DNA of 64,000 nt, from positions 41,666,001-41,730,000 of the forward strand of contig CM052816.1 of the NCBI GenBank assembly GCA_028534125.1, in the 5' to 3' direction. Each line of letters starts with the position of its first letter. The first letter of the stretch is position 1. The notes under the pieces are model-generated. The model was not told the DNA's origin. It made no database searches and saw only the letters and a program-made list of their open reading frames with translations. Below, one piece after another: positions 1 to 13,462 of the stretch. This DNA comes from Lama glama (taxonomy: Eukaryota). The position numbers and the translations under genes are program-made.

Positions 1-1967
1 CTTAGCTATGACAAAACATTTGATAGAACTAATGGCTTACTGACTGGCACTGGCTGAGTGCCTCATGGAGCGTCATTTAATCACCACACAACAGCAATTT
101 AAACTACAGAAGAAGGTCAATGACTAATTCAGAGTCTGGAACTCTTTTTCTTCCCCCTCCTATGGAGGTGTGAAGAACAGAACTAAAATGAGGTAGCTTC
201 AGTTCTGTAAGTTGCTTGTGTTCAAGGATAGTCCTGCTAGTGTTATTTTTCAGTAGATCTGTTTTTGCAGCTAGCTGAGGCTACAGAACTTGTCACATTA
301 TACTTTAAAGAATAAAAAGAAAAACATTCCGATAGTGATTTACAATGCACAGTGCAGAACTGAAAAAAGAGAAGACAATGTCATAATAAAATTCTTCTTC
401 AGTGGAGTCAGTGATACAGATATCAATGCCTCTGTTCATCACATGCCTAATGTCGAAAGAGACAGGATCAGGAAAGCAGCATGACTTTGCAGCCCACCTG
501 GAAAATTCTGGCTCTACCAGAGTAACCCTAAACTTGAGGCAAAGCCGCAGCACTCAGTCCCAAACATAGCTCTTTTATAGCTGTCTGAGTTTGTTTCATC
601 CCCCCTTTATTCTTGGATTAGTGGCTTTAAAATGGAAATGCTGGATTCATTTCAGTTATTAGGCTGATGTAAGCATTGTAATTCTCTCTCTTGAATTCTT
701 AAATGTGTTGATTGTACTCTGGGAACTTCATGGTTCTTTTAAAAATACCGAAAGTGCTTTGCTCCATTTTTCTGATGTAATTGCTTGTACTATTTAATTC
801 CCAACTCTATTATATTTGAACTTTTGTAGTGAAATCAAGAGACACAAAAGGCATTCTGAATGATAAATTTCCATTTCTTCTTTCAAAATACAAATAAAAC
901 TAGTTTGGAAGAAATAGGAGGTAAAGAAAATTGCTTTGATGTGTAACTTATTCCAAGACTGGAAGTCTTAGATTTTTAAACAAAATACGCTGGTGACCAA
1001 AACAAATGGTGGTGAGTTGGTGAAACAACAATAATTGGCAGTCTCTGGTGTCCAAAGCCATTTGCTTGAATTATTTATGTCTCAAAACTGACAGGAATTT
1101 CATAAGAGTAAATAAGGCAAGTCCAGTGGGTGTCATTTACATGATGCAATCACACATCCAATTGACTGCAGGTCCCATCTGCCGGAGCTGATGCCTTAAA
1201 AACCCAGGGGAGGAGTTTATTTCAAGGGAGTCCCACACCCATCAAGGTTTGATTAGCCCACCACTAGCTTGATCCCATTCATTGTCAAAAGCAGGTTGAC
1301 AAAGAACGAGTCACTTAATGTTGTTTGCTTTAAAATAACTCAGTAGACGATGTTGCTACTGGATTGCCTCCTTAGAGTGTGAAATGACCTTTTAGTTCCT
1401 TAAAAATACTTTTGAATCATCAGGAACCCACTGAATTATGAATTGTTACTTTATAGTACTTGATATGTGTCTATTACATTCTGGCAACCTCCTAGGATGG
1501 TTTTTCAGGGATGTCTCCGGGACTCAGCTGGTCCTCCGTACCTTCTCCCACCCCTCTTTAACTTGGATTTCTCCCTCTGCAGTACCCTTCTGGCAGGGTG
1601 GGTGGAGATGAGGACACGGTTCCATTATACTGGCCTGTGGGGTTGGAGTAGTAAGTGAGCAAAATTAAACTGCCTCAAGACAATTTATGGAGTCTTCATT
1701 ACATACAGAAGAGTGGCTCTTTCTGCTCATTTTCACATGTGGAGAAATGTTCATGGAGTTTATAGTCCTTAAAATTTACGTTTATTTTATAAATTTTATT
1801 TTTAATGCTTGAAGAGAATAACATATTTATGAAATGTCCACTGGACTTTAAAATTTTATTTATTTTTGGCTTGAGTATTACAACAAATTTTGGGAATTAA
1901 ATGAACGACATAAAACTTCAAATTTTTAATATTTTACCAAATATTTTATTTTTCATATTTTAGTGTA

Positions 1968-2122
1968 CAGTTGGCCCTTCATGTCTGAGGGTTTCCCATA
2001 CACAGATGTGGAGGGTCAACTGTACTATGCCACTTTATATAAGGGACTTGAGCATCTGCAGATTTTGGTATCTGCTGGGGGGGTCCTGGAGCCAATTCCT
2101 TGCAGATATTGAGGGATGGCTG
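1968..2122 (-). mobile_element. TcMar-Tigger non-autonomous element (MER2-like)
   Basis: Starts TA|CAGTTGGCCCT and ends AGGGATGGCTG|CA. The reverse complement contains GGCTCCAGGACCCCCC...GATACCAAAATCTGCAGATGCTCAAGTCCCT, characteristic of the MER2 5' end. Confidence 0.8.
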
Positions 2123-2225
2123 CATTTTAAATATTTTTCATCAAAACTTCACAAGAGTAAGTTGTTCTGAGTATCATGGTCATTGTTTGCAGTTAAATAG
2201 CTGAAGTTATTTCAATATCAATTTA

Positions 2226-2679
2226 TGCTGTTTATAACAACATGGATGAAATTTGAGGGCATTATGCCAAGTGTAATAAGACAGAGAAAGATAAATATTA
2301 TATGGTATCCAAGTATATGGAATTGGAAAAAGCCAGACTTGGAAACAGAGTACAGTGATGGTTGCCAGGGGCTGGGAGTATGGAAGATGGGGAGATCTTG
2401 GTCAAAGGGCCTAAGATTTCAGTAATAAGATGAATAGTTCTGAAGACCTAATGTATGGGACAATGACTATAGTTAATAACGCTGTTTTATATACTTAAAG
2501 TTGTTAGGAGAATAGATCTTGAATGTTTTCAAAAGGAAATGATAATTATGTGATGTGATAGAAGTGTCAGCCAGCACTTTGGTGGTAATCATTCTGCAGT
2601 ATATAAGCATATCACATCAACATGTACACCTTAAATTTACACAATGTCAGTTATATCTCAGTACAGCTGAGAAGAAAAA
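2226..2679 (+). mobile_element. L1 3' end (L1MA9-like)
   Basis: ACAACATGGATGAAATTTGAGGGCATTATG (end of ORF2, TTWMKFEGIM), GGTTGCCAGGGG, GGTGGTAATCATT, TACACCTTAAATTTACACAATG, then an A-rich tail. Confidence 0.85.
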
Positions 2680-2680
2680 G

Positions 2681-2803
2681 TTCTAGAGGTGGATAATAGT
2701 GTTGATTGCACAACAATGCGTATGTACTTAATGCATTAGAACTGAACACTTAAAATGACTAAAATGGTAACTTTAGTGTTATATATATTTTACCACAAAA
2801 AAA
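2681..2803 (+). mobile_element. L1MB-type 3' terminal fragment
   Basis: GTTCTAGAGGTGGAT...TTGCACAACAATG...TACTTAATGC...CACTTAAAATG...ATATTTTACCACAAAAAAA. Confidence 0.7.
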
Positions 2804-5215
2804 GATCATTTAAAAAAGCTATTTCCTTTGGACATACAGTATATAAAATGAATTGATGGTTATCAGTGTCATTTATGATAAAAAGAGAATCTGCCCCCCT
2901 CCAAAGTTTTTGAAAAACAAATATTGTTCTATTCACAAGTAAAAGTTATGAGGAAACAGGTACAACTTTTACTCTTTGGCAGGGCTTGGGAGAATAAACA
3001 ACTGTTACAGATTAAAAGGAGTGTTAGCGCATCCAAGGGCCAATCTTAAGAAGAAAGAACAGTTTGAAAGGTTACTAGAAGAGAAGTCTTAAGTTTGAAA
3101 GATTTTCCACTAGAGACAAAAAAGGCCTGTTTCTTATCCCAAACCATTTCTCTATTCCTTCTAATTACCTCTTCCCAAATCTGTGATATATTATTTTCTC
3201 TCTGTTATGCTGAACACAATTATAAAATTTCTTATTTTATAGACCCAGGTGTTAAAGATAACTGCATTAGCAAAAAAAAAAAAATTATTTTTCTTCCAAA
3301 GGGAGGCTTTTTAGACTTTATTGAGTGGATTATCTTTTCCGTGGTACCTAGCTTTCCTGGACCTTCCTAGAATGTCCTGTGCTCATTTCTCCAGCTTGGT
3401 GCGAAGAACTACTCCTCCCACCTCCTCAGACTGCGAGAACCTTAAATGTCTGCAGTCTTGGTGTGAGAGGGGAAGCCTCTCCAAAAACCATGTTGGCATT
3501 TGGTCAGACTTTTCTAAGCTCCTCTGGTCCAGGCACATGTGAAAAGGTTCAAGTCATGCAACTATCATGAATAAGTGAGTTGTATTCATCTCTAGCTCCT
3601 TTGTTTACAAAGATGTCCTGGGCTCCTAGAGAATCAATCATACTTCAGTCAATACTTGGCAATAAGTTTAACCTCCTTCTAAGGAAATAAGTTCTTAAAA
3701 TCTGCTGAATCATCCAATTCTCACATTTCTTTTCAGGGGAACCATAGGGTAGGATGTTTCAGATACACCTTTTTAGTGTGTGTGCTTACAGTTGGAAAAT
3801 ATCTATTATTTTTTCACTGCTCAGCCTGAAACTTTGGAACATAAATCCTTATAAACATATTAAGATACTTGAAATTTTAAGACTGGTTCTCTTAGCCACT
3901 CTCCTCTTCTAATCTATCTCCCAAACTCTGAACAGCTCATTTCTCTGTCTTGTTCAGAGAACAGCAAGAGATGGCACAGTGATCACTTTCAGATCAGAAA
4001 AGGCAGACAGATGACTATTCTGAAAACCTCCGGCAGGTAATATTGCCCCTGCAATCTGCAGGAAAGTTTACTTTGTTAAGACTACTGATTGAGGAACATC
4101 TTTAGTTGCATTGTGTTTAGTCATTCAGTCAATGAGCACTGTCTAAGCATCCACAGACAATGTGCAGGAGGATCTGGGAGACTGGACATAGTCTTCGCTA
4201 TGATGAACATACAAAGGGGGATCATCATAATAAATACCCAATGAAAACATATGCGTGTTGAAAAGCACAGCTATGAAGCAGGCGGAATGTTTACTGTTAA
4301 AGCAGAGGCTTGATATTAGCAAGGAAAAGCTTCCAAACAGCTTTATTGCTAGAGAGTGGATATTCATTTGTTTAAATATAACAGAAAAAAGTTATGAATA
4401 TTCAGAATTTACCCATCTCTGAACCACACCCAGCACAGCACTGACAATTCACAACTGCTTCACATGTTGCATATGTACAGTACACTGGAGAAATTCATAG
4501 CTTTTATTATAAAGAAGATACATATCTTCTCCTCCACAGGGGTTGTAGTATACCCTTCCACAATCTGTCCTGTTTGTTTTGGCAGGCCTAACAGCATCTT
4601 TGCAGTATTTTGTGTGGGACAGTGAGAAGAAGGGAACAATACCCCCTCTTTTTTTCTTTTTCTACTAGATGGTAGCTCATTCAGGAAATGTTGAAAGGGA
4701 GTATAGCTGAATTGTGGACACAGGTACTGCTACACAGATTTTAGCATAAACACCTATTAACAGCAGAGAGTGAAGGAAGTTGGTTGAATTTTCTAAGCAC
4801 CTCAGTGGAGGTATGTATTCTGCTAACTAAAGACAATATTCAACTCCTAAACTCTTTTTTTTTTCCCTAGAGGATAAAATGTAGTTCAACAAATATCACA
4901 AGGATATAACTGAAGATTAAAGGGAAGAAAGAAATTCAGATGTCCTGAAGGGTAATACATTTCTTTAAGCTACTATGGATTTGTAAATGGTAGAGTCACT
5001 TCTTTGCACTTTATTTTATACTGATACGTTACAGGAGATATGACTGATTTAAACTTTAATTGTATATCACATTTCAAGATATTAGATTAAACCACAAGTA
5101 AGAACTGAGTAATAATAATAATAGTAAATTTTTATTGAGCCTTGTGATAAATTCCTTAGATTTGTTTTGGATTTTCAAAAATAATTAGTTAGTTCTAAAG
5201 CCATCTTCTAGGAAC

Positions 5216-5423
5216 AAAGTCCCCTTGTCTTTTCAGCTGTGTGAGGTTATAGTGAGAAGATAGCTGTATATGAACTAGGAAGTCGTCCTCATCTGACACC
5301 AAAATCTGCCAGCACCTCGATCTTGGACTTACCAGCACCCAGAATTGTGAGAAATAAAATTCTGTTGTTTTCTAAGCTACCAGTCTATGGTATTCTGTTA
5401 TAACTACAAAAGCCGACCAATAT
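5216..5423 (+). mobile_element. ERVL-MaLR LTR 3' half (MLT1A-like)
   Basis: TCTGCCAGCACCTCGATCTTGGACTT..CCAGAATTGTGAGAAATAAA..TCTATGGTATTCTGTTATA, the typical MLT1/MST 3' motifs. Confidence 0.8.
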
Positions 5424-5747
5424 AGGGTTTCTTTTTCTAGCTGGATTTCTTATGGAGTTACTATAAGACAAGTTGATATAAATGCTTTTGTGTCAACTAA
5501 GCATAAGAGGTCTGAGGCTGAGACAAGCAAGAATATTTTTCTGAATAGCATATAACGAATTCAGGCAGAATTAGTTTTTTTCATACTAGCTGCATAACTA
5601 AAAATAGGTAATAATATTTTCTTAGGAATATATAGAAACTTCCAAGATGCCCTCTATCCAACTTTCAAATAAATTATTTCACCATGTTCAATATTCTTAG
5701 GAAGAAAACATTACTGTCATTATTTATTAAACAGAAAAAGTTATGAG

Positions 5748-5990
5748 CTCTAGATCAATTCACTAATTAAACCATTTTCTTAAAGCCAGTTTGCTGACAG
5801 CTAATTTTTCTATAAGCCAACTCACTAAATGACTAATACTATAGCAACAAATTTGAATATAATAGTAAAAGTAATATGTTCATAACTATTGAATACATTT
5901 AAAAATTGTTCTTTAAAATATGTTTGGTAAATTGGTGAATTTGATGAATTTGTCATTTAGCAAATTGATCCTTTAGTAAATTGGTCTGCT
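5748..5990. mobile_element. Ancient DNA-transposon-like element with inverted arrays of ~15-bp subterminal repeats (family unassigned)
   Basis: Left units (GATCAATTCACTAA, AGCCAGTTTGCTGA, AGCCAACTCACTAA) are mirrored on the right by TTTGGTAAATTGGT, TTTAGCAAATTGATC and TTTAGTAAATTGGTC around an AT-rich spacer. Confidence 0.45.
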
Positions 5991-6009
5991 GTTATTTCAA
6001 ACTGAGAGA

Positions 6010-6765
6010 TTCATTCATTCAATACTAAAATAATACATTTAATGAACACATACTATATGCCAGGTATTGGATATTTAATACTGAATGAGGCAATATTAGA
6101 CAAATTACAGTTTGCTGGAAGGGAGAGTCAAAAACATCATCACAACAGAAAGTGCCACAATAGTAATGTTATGGGAACCCAGAGGAAGACTGTAGGGGAG
6201 ATAAAGAGCACGTTCCATCTGGGTATTGGTCACAGAAGGCTTCTAAAAGATGATGCTTGAGCTGAGATTTGGAGGCTAAAAGAGATTTATACACAGGGAA
6301 GTGAGAAAGTGGTCAGGATGTAAGTCAAGGGATCAGAATGTGCCAAGGTAGTGAAGGTGGTGACAGTTTGTGGTTCATGAGGTAAGTATCAAATACAAAC
6401 AAAGTCAGGACTGATGTTTGAAAAGTAAACCAGAATGGAACAGAAAGTATCAGAAGGCCCTGAATGTGGTATTGTGTTGTACAATTCTGTTATCTGTATG
6501 TACATATATACATACACATCAAATTATCAAATATATTTCTCTGTGCATCGCAGGTAAGAGATAGATAAGGTGCAGAAGAAAGAGAGAATATGTTCAGAAG
6601 AGATGTTATATATAGGTTGTTGGAATGGGGAGGAAAAAGTTGGTGTGAGAGACTGCAGGGAGGGAAGCCTAGAGAAGCAGAAGCCAGATCATAAAGGGTC
6701 TAATATATTCTAAGAAGTTTAAACTTTATCTGGAAGATAAAAGGAGTCACTAAAAGGATTCATGG
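6010..6765 (-). mobile_element. L2 fragments
   Basis: TTCATTCATTCAA...ACATACTATATGCCAGG (L2 3' end, antisense), AGAAGGCTTCT...GAGCTGAGATTTGGAGG and GCCAGATCATAAAGGGTCT. Confidence 0.6.
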
Positions 6766-7721
6766 CTTAAATGAACCAATTTTCTTTTACTAAAGAAGTC
6801 TGAAAAGTTCAAATAATATAGAAGAATAAACAGAAGGAAAATTCTCATTTCCAATGCTACTACTTACCCCTCCACTCAAGCTTCTGTTTCCTAGAGGCTA
6901 CAGCTACTATCAGTTTCTGCTTTGGTTTCTTTCGATAGCAGCATTAAAAGTGTACATGATATGCTCTATTTCTTGATTTTTAACTTTGGACAAGATCATT
7001 TGATTTTTTTTTTGTTACAAAAGATAACAAACTCCAGCATAACTACACTCTTCACTACCTCCTTGTCCCTTCTACCTCATGAATTGTGTTAGATGTTGGT
7101 TTTTTCTTTTTTGGTAGTTGTACTTATGGTTTTAAGTAGTGTAATTAAATCTTAATATTTCAGTTATATAGCATTAACTATTGATTCTTTATTATGGAAA
7201 TGGGGAAATTCATGTAGCAATTTTTTGATAGAAACTTGTAGATTGAGCCATGTATTTGTTACCCTTAGAGAGTTCCAATTTAAATGATAGAAAAGATATT
7301 TCTCTTTCTCTCTCTCACTTATATCCATCTACCATGTATCTATTTTTCTATATGTCATTAAATAATAAGCCTAGAATAGCCTTAGAAATCAGGAAGGTGT
7401 CATCCATGGCCAGATATTATAAGACACTAAGGGAAGAGAGACAGCAGATGTCATCATATTGGTAAAGCCATCAAAACAGAGAAAAATTACTGAGTGTTCT
7501 GTGACCTAACTTCTTACTTCCATCTGAGCAGCTCAAAGCCTTTTTTAAATCTGTGACTTTATTATCCACATTCCATATTGGTTTCCTTGGGGTAAGAGAT
7601 CTAGATCTTTATTTTCCATCTTTTCTTTACGTCTATTTTGGGTAGTGAATGCTTTTGATCTGCAAACTTCAATAACTGCTTCTAAGGCCATTAAAGTTAG
7701 TTGGCAACTACATGTTCTTGA

Positions 7722-8320
7722 ATTTACAAGGCACTTTCACACATGCTTCTAATTCAATAATGACAGTAAGCCTGAAAAATAGGCCCAAATTACTATTATT
7801 CAAATTTTATTGGTAAGGCCCAGAAATATTATGTTACCTGTACAGAGTAACCTGGACAGTAATACGGTGGCCCAGTAATCCTAATAATTCTTACAGTAAC
7901 TAATATTATTTGGAAGCTTACTATCTATTATTATGGCTTTTACAATTGCTATGGGTCTTGACAAATTTAACCTCCCCAAATTTTAAGTTTCTTACCTCTA
8001 AAATGGTGATCTACCTCATAGGTTATTCTGAGGGTTAGAGGATATAATGTAGATAAAGTGCTTAGCACAGTGCTTGTAATATGGATGGCTCTCAATAAAA
8101 GGTAGCGATTATTATTGGCCATGTTTCCCTAGATCTATCACTTCCTACCTACGTAAGCTTAATATTTCACTTAACCTGTGTGAGTTTCAAAGCTTCCCTG
8201 TTCGTAAAATGGAGCAACTGAGGCATGAGGAGTTTAAAGATTAACTGAAAGCCACACAGCTAAGCCACTACATATTTAGGACTTGAAGTCAGCTTCTAGT
8301 ACATGTATTTAACCATTAGG
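7722..8320. mobile_element. Cluster of MIR fragments in mixed orientation
   Basis: MIR core motifs, e.g. TAAAATGGTGATCTACCTCATAGGTT...AAAGTGCTTAGCACAGTGC (+) and AACTGAGGC...CCACACAGCTAAG (-). Confidence 0.65.
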
Positions 8321-8596
8321 TTAGAAGCCAGCTTATCTAAAGCCCTGTCCCATGAAATCTGTGTTTAGGATTCCTACATGGCAGCTAATGACAGTTACTT
8401 TGAATGTTACTGGTATTTCTATTTACTAGAATTTATATTTAGCAATTATGACGACTGTTGTAAATCTATGCATATAATGTAATTTAGAATGACTAATTTA
8501 AATGAAGACTAGGAGGTGAGTTCTAGTACAGATACTTGACATTTCCCAATTAATTACTGAGGCGCCATGAGACTCACTTAGGTAAATACTCTGATC

Positions 8597-9481
8597 TGTT
8601 ACTTACACAAAACATTTCTGACACAAAATGAGAGGGTTGTTTTTTTTTCCCACATCAACCAATGTTCCAACTCTTTAGATACCAACTAGATATCTTCAAT
8701 TCAATTAGACTCTGACAGTAATTACCTGGAGTTAGCACAGACCCACAGGTTAAGGGCTCAGTTCCATAAGACTGCCCCCACCTTAGACACCAAATGCAAG
8801 TCTGGGCCAGGCATACTTCTGACCAATGGCCTATAACTCAGGGGTTCCCACCAACCCCTCCTCAAGTTCAATGATTTGCTCGAATGGCTCACAGAACTCA
8901 GGGAAACTATTTATGTTTGCTGCTTTATTATAAAGGATACAACTAAAGAGCATCCAAGGGGAAGAGAAGTATGGGGGAAGCTTCCATGCCCACTCCAGGC
9001 ACATCAGCTCTCTAACATCACAGTGCTTACCAGCTTGAAAGCTTTCAGAAGCCCCATTGTTTAGAGTTTTTATGGAATTCCGATTATGAGGGCATGGCTG
9101 ATTAAATCATCAGCTACTGAACCAACCTTCCTGGGGGTTGGAGGTGTGGGGCTCAAAGTTCCAACTATCTAATCACATGGTTGGTTCTTCTGGCAACCAG
9201 CTCTCATCCTATCTACGGCCCACCAAGTGTCACCTCGTTAGCATAAACTCAGTCAGATGTAAGGAGCTTACTAAGAATAATAAAAGATGCTCCTCTCACC
9301 AGTCACTCAGGGAATTCCGAGGGTTTTAGCAGTTCTTATGTCAGGAACCAGGAACAAAGACTAAATATTATAACAAAAGACACTCCTACCACTAGGGAAA
9401 TCACAAAGGATTTAGGAGCTCTGCACCAAGAATGGAAGATGGAGACCAAATATTTATTTCTTATTATATCACAGTATCACA
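8597..9481 (-). mobile_element. ERVL solo LTR, MER21-like
   Basis: Ends AGACCAAATATTTATTTCTTATTATATCACAGTATCACA (reverse complement of the MER21 5' terminus TGTGATA..). Internal GGTTAAGGGCTCAGTTCCATAAGACTGCCCCCAC and GCTCACAGAACTCAGGGAAAC. Confidence 0.8.
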
Positions 9482-11644
9482 GTTAACTGTCAGAATTAGG
9501 TCTAAAAGAACTGAAATGATCATGGAAGGAGCCTGAGGAGTGTCCTATGAGTGAAGTGCTGTAGTCTTCCTACATGGGTGGCATCCAGGTCTGTTTTGCT
9601 GTTTGACTGTGTTTTGTGTAGCTAGAGTTAGCAGCTATCTATGGTGACCATATTGCCTGAGTTTAAACAGTTGGCACAATAGTTAGAAATAATGTCAGTC
9701 CGTATGTTCTGATTTTGGTTAAAAGATTTGTTCCTTTACAAATAAGGCACTTTCAAAGAAGAGAAGCATTGCTAAATTCCATTATATCAACATGAAAATC
9801 AGACCTCTGGATTGCAAATCATAATAGGTTCTTCTGTGTCTTTCTACTTCTAGTCTTCAATTTATTAATAAGAAGAACAAATTTCCAAAAGGAATATAGG
9901 AACTAAAGAAGAAAAGACCCATCTGGTTGGGGTTATCCAGCCTCTGTTCTAACTGTGCCCAGTGTCCCCCAAGGCCGGTTCCAATCTGGTTTTAAATGAC
10001 ACAGTTGGCAAAGTTTCTTAGCACCCCACCCCCACCCCCTGCTTTCAGGAGAGTTCACAGCCTAATGACTATCACATCCAGGAATGCTTTCCTGACTTTC
10101 AGCACAGACAGCACTCTGGAAGACACTCATGGCTCTGGTAATGCTAGCCCAGGACTGCAATATTTCTTTGTCTTTATGGGTCCTCATTCATCAGACGAAG
10201 CACTGGATGATTATGTAAAATATCTTGGATGGATCCCAGGCTGAAAGTCTTCAAAAGACAAATAGATTAATCATACACTAAAGGAAGGCACAGGACCCAC
10301 TTGTACTCTTATTAGATACACAGGACATCCCTGAGCAATATCTTACTCTGAAAGAAAAGCCCGAGGAAGAGAAAAATCAGTCAAGGCCACAGACAGTCTA
10401 AAAGTTTCTACTTTCTCCAGATTCTAGATGTTCTTCCTTTCTCCTCTCCTGTCTTCCTTCCCCAACTCAGTTAGTTACACAGGTATTCATGTAATAAATG
10501 TTGACCTACACACAAACAAACTTGAAGCATATGCTTAACTCAAGCACACTGTACTTTGGCACTCAGTTTTTAAACATCGTTCCCACAAGTCCTGTGTTCA
10601 AGGCTTTTGTCCACATTCAAAGAATCTCTGATCCTATAGTTCATTTTTAATGCATTGTAAACTAGGCTAGGAAAACTGTCCAGAAACTAGTTTAAGTATT
10701 CCTGTGGATTTTCAGATCCAATTAGGACAAACACTGGCTATGGCTTCTTTGGGGTCTTTATTTAATATTTTCCTTTTTCAGAATACTCAAGGAGCCATAA
10801 CTCTTAATACCTGTAAAATTTGAATTGAATCAAGCATACAAGTAAATAAACAGACTTAAAACCCACATAATACTAAAATTAAGAAGAAAAAACAGCAAAT
10901 AACCCTTCTATCTCGAATAAACATCTTTAAAATGCATTATTCTTAATTAGGTTTATTAACTACTTCCCAATCTTTTAAATCTTTAATTTTCCACGGCCTG
11001 GCTGTAATGTTCAAGAGTTTTAAAATCCAGGTATGGTTATGTAGTTCTGGTGGCATCTCTGTATATCTCCCAGTTTCTTAAGCTTTGGAGTGGAATTGAG
11101 TTTTGAAGTGCATTGAGATCACTCTGACAGGCAGTATCTGTGTTCTTGGTCTGTTAGTGGGTTATGAGAAGGCTTAGGGAGGATACAGTGTAAATATGGA
11201 GCACTTTTTACTTTTGTGCTCGATTAAGATCTGGTGGGAGAAACCATGGCACTATTTTACTTTCTTTTCAGCAAGCAACAAGAATCTAAGAAAACACCAG
11301 GAAAAGATCTACATATACTGTTCTTTTTTTGGAAGGCAAAGAGATGCATCCATACATAATACCTGCCTGTGAATTGAAAAAAAAGAATGTAGGCAACAAA
11401 ATGGGGCTTTTATTCATTCGCTTTCCTGCAACTGATCAGGCCAGCGGCTCTGTGAATGCAGCCTAAAGCAGAAGAATCAACTTTCTGATGCCATTTTAGC
11501 TCAAGACCTCATTTTTGAAACTAAATAGAAAATTGTAAGGAGGCTCAATGAATATGTAAATCAGTGCCATCATCAAGGAGAGATGGGAACCTACTCAGCT
11601 TCTCATTACATACAAAAGACTTACTGATCAGTCTTAGTCATATC

Positions 11645-11775
11645 AATAATAATGATGATGACAAAAAATAGCAAACATTAAATACTTTTTGTAAGTCACT
11701 GAAAGTGCATTCAGTGTATTATCTCATATATTGCTCACAAAAATTCCATGAAGGTACAGTTTATCTCAATATTTA
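11645..11775 (-). mobile_element. MIR, first part of an element split by L1
   Basis: AATAATAATG...TATTATCTCAT...CTCACAAAAATTCCATGAAGGTA, the antisense MIR 3' half. Confidence 0.55.
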
Positions 11776-11784
11776 TTATTTATT

Positions 11785-13335
11785 TTTAAAAATCAATTTT
11801 AGTGATGTATAATTTAAGTACAATAAATTGCCCATATTTAACTAGTTTTGAGAGATACGTATTTTTGTAAAGTCACAATAGTAATGAAGATGCAGAACAA
11901 TTCCACTCCCTGTAAAAGGGCCTTTATGCCCCTTCGCAGTTCCTTTTTCCCTCTGCCCCGGCCCAAGGCAACCACTGCTCTGCTTTCTGTCACTGTAGAT
12001 CAGTTTGTATTTCTTGGACTTTTATACAAATTTTTATATAAATTGAATCATTCTGGTTGGGTCTGACTTCTTTCACTCAACATAATGATTCTGAGATTTA
12101 TCCACACAGTTTGTGTATCAGGAGTTAATTAATTAATGGATTAGCTAACTCTTGATGTGTATGGATAGGTCATATTTCGTTTATCGATTTACCAGTTGGT
12201 CATTTTTCCCCCTAGTATTTGGATTTTGTTCAGTTTTTACTGGATTGTTTGTCTTTTTACAGAGTTTTAAGTGTTCCTTATAGGTTCTAGATATAAATCT
12301 TTTGTCATATAGATATATTGCAAATATTTTCTTTCAGTCTCTGTCTTGAATTTTTATTCTTTTAACAGTAGTTTCCAGAGAACAAAAATTTTTAATTTTG
12401 ATGAAGCCCAATTTACCCATTTTTTCTTCTATCAATTGTTTTTGTGTCTTATTTAAGATGTATTTGCTTACTTGAAGGTTACAAAGATTTTCCCCTATAG
12501 TTTTTCCTAGGAGTTTTATAGTTTGTGGTTTGATGTTTAAGTCTATCACTTCTTTCTGAATTATTAAGTTCATTAATTTTTGGTATGGTGTGAATTAGGA
12601 TTTTTTTTCCACATAGATATCTTGTTTTAGCACCATTTTGTTAAAAAGAAATTTCCTTTGTTATTCAATTGCCCTCATACCCTTGTCCAAAATATCATTT
12701 GACCATGAATCTATTTTTGAGCTCAATTCTGTTCCAGTGATTTACGTGTTTACTCTTTTATCAATGTCACTATTTCTTGATTATTGTAGTTTTATAGAAA
12801 GCTTTGAAATCTGGTAGAGTGAGTCCTTCAACTTAATTCTTTTTAAAAAATGACTTTGACTATTTTATTTGCATTTCTTTTGCATTTCCATATAAATTTT
12901 TAAAACAGCTTGACAATTTCTACAAAAAACCTCCTGGGATCTTTGATAGGAAGAGCATGGAATTACAGATCAATTTAGGGGAGAATCGATACCTTAATAA
13001 TTTTGAATCTTCTGATTCATGAACTAATATAATTCTATATGCATTCAGGTTTTAATTTTCTCTTCAAAATGTCTTATAGTTTCCAGTATAAAGGTCTTTT
13101 GTTAAATTTTTGTTGATTTTGTTTTTAAATTTTTTTGGTACAATTTATTTCTAAGTATTTTATGTTTTTTGATATTATAAATAGAAATATTTTACATTTT
13201 ATATTCTAATTGTCTGCTGATAATATATAAAATATTATTGACTTTTATATATTAACCTTATATCTTGTGACTTTGATAAATTCACTTAGTAGTTCTAATA
13301 GTTTTGTTGATTCCTTTAGGTTTTCTATGTGAAGC
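11785..13335 (-). mobile_element. L1 (L1MB/L1MC-type) 3' UTR plus decayed ORF2
   Basis: Antisense L1 3' UTR (GGCAACCACTGCTCTGCTTTCTGTC, CTTCTTTCACTCAACATAATG). ORF 12334-12573(-) IDLNIKPQTIKLLGKTIGENL...GFIKIKNFCS matches the L1 ORF2 C-terminal region. Confidence 0.9.
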
Positions 13336-13462
13336 AATAAAAATCAGGAACTTACCACACACTGGTCATTTATTTAAAATTTCAACTTTCTTCTGAAATC
13401 TACAAAACTTTTCAGGTAGCTGTCTTTTGTATTTTTCCCAGTGTTTGTAAGTACTATCTGTA

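Noticed and set aside
189..196. TGAGGTAG, the let-7 5' end
   Set aside because: The following bases do not match let-7 and there is no complementary hairpin arm.
3958..4951. Two + strand exon-like segments (3958-4036, 4871-4951)
   Set aside because: Splice sites are plausible, but the donors are modest (GTAATA), the second segment has stops in all frames and no product is recognisable. They cannot be distinguished from pseudo-exons.
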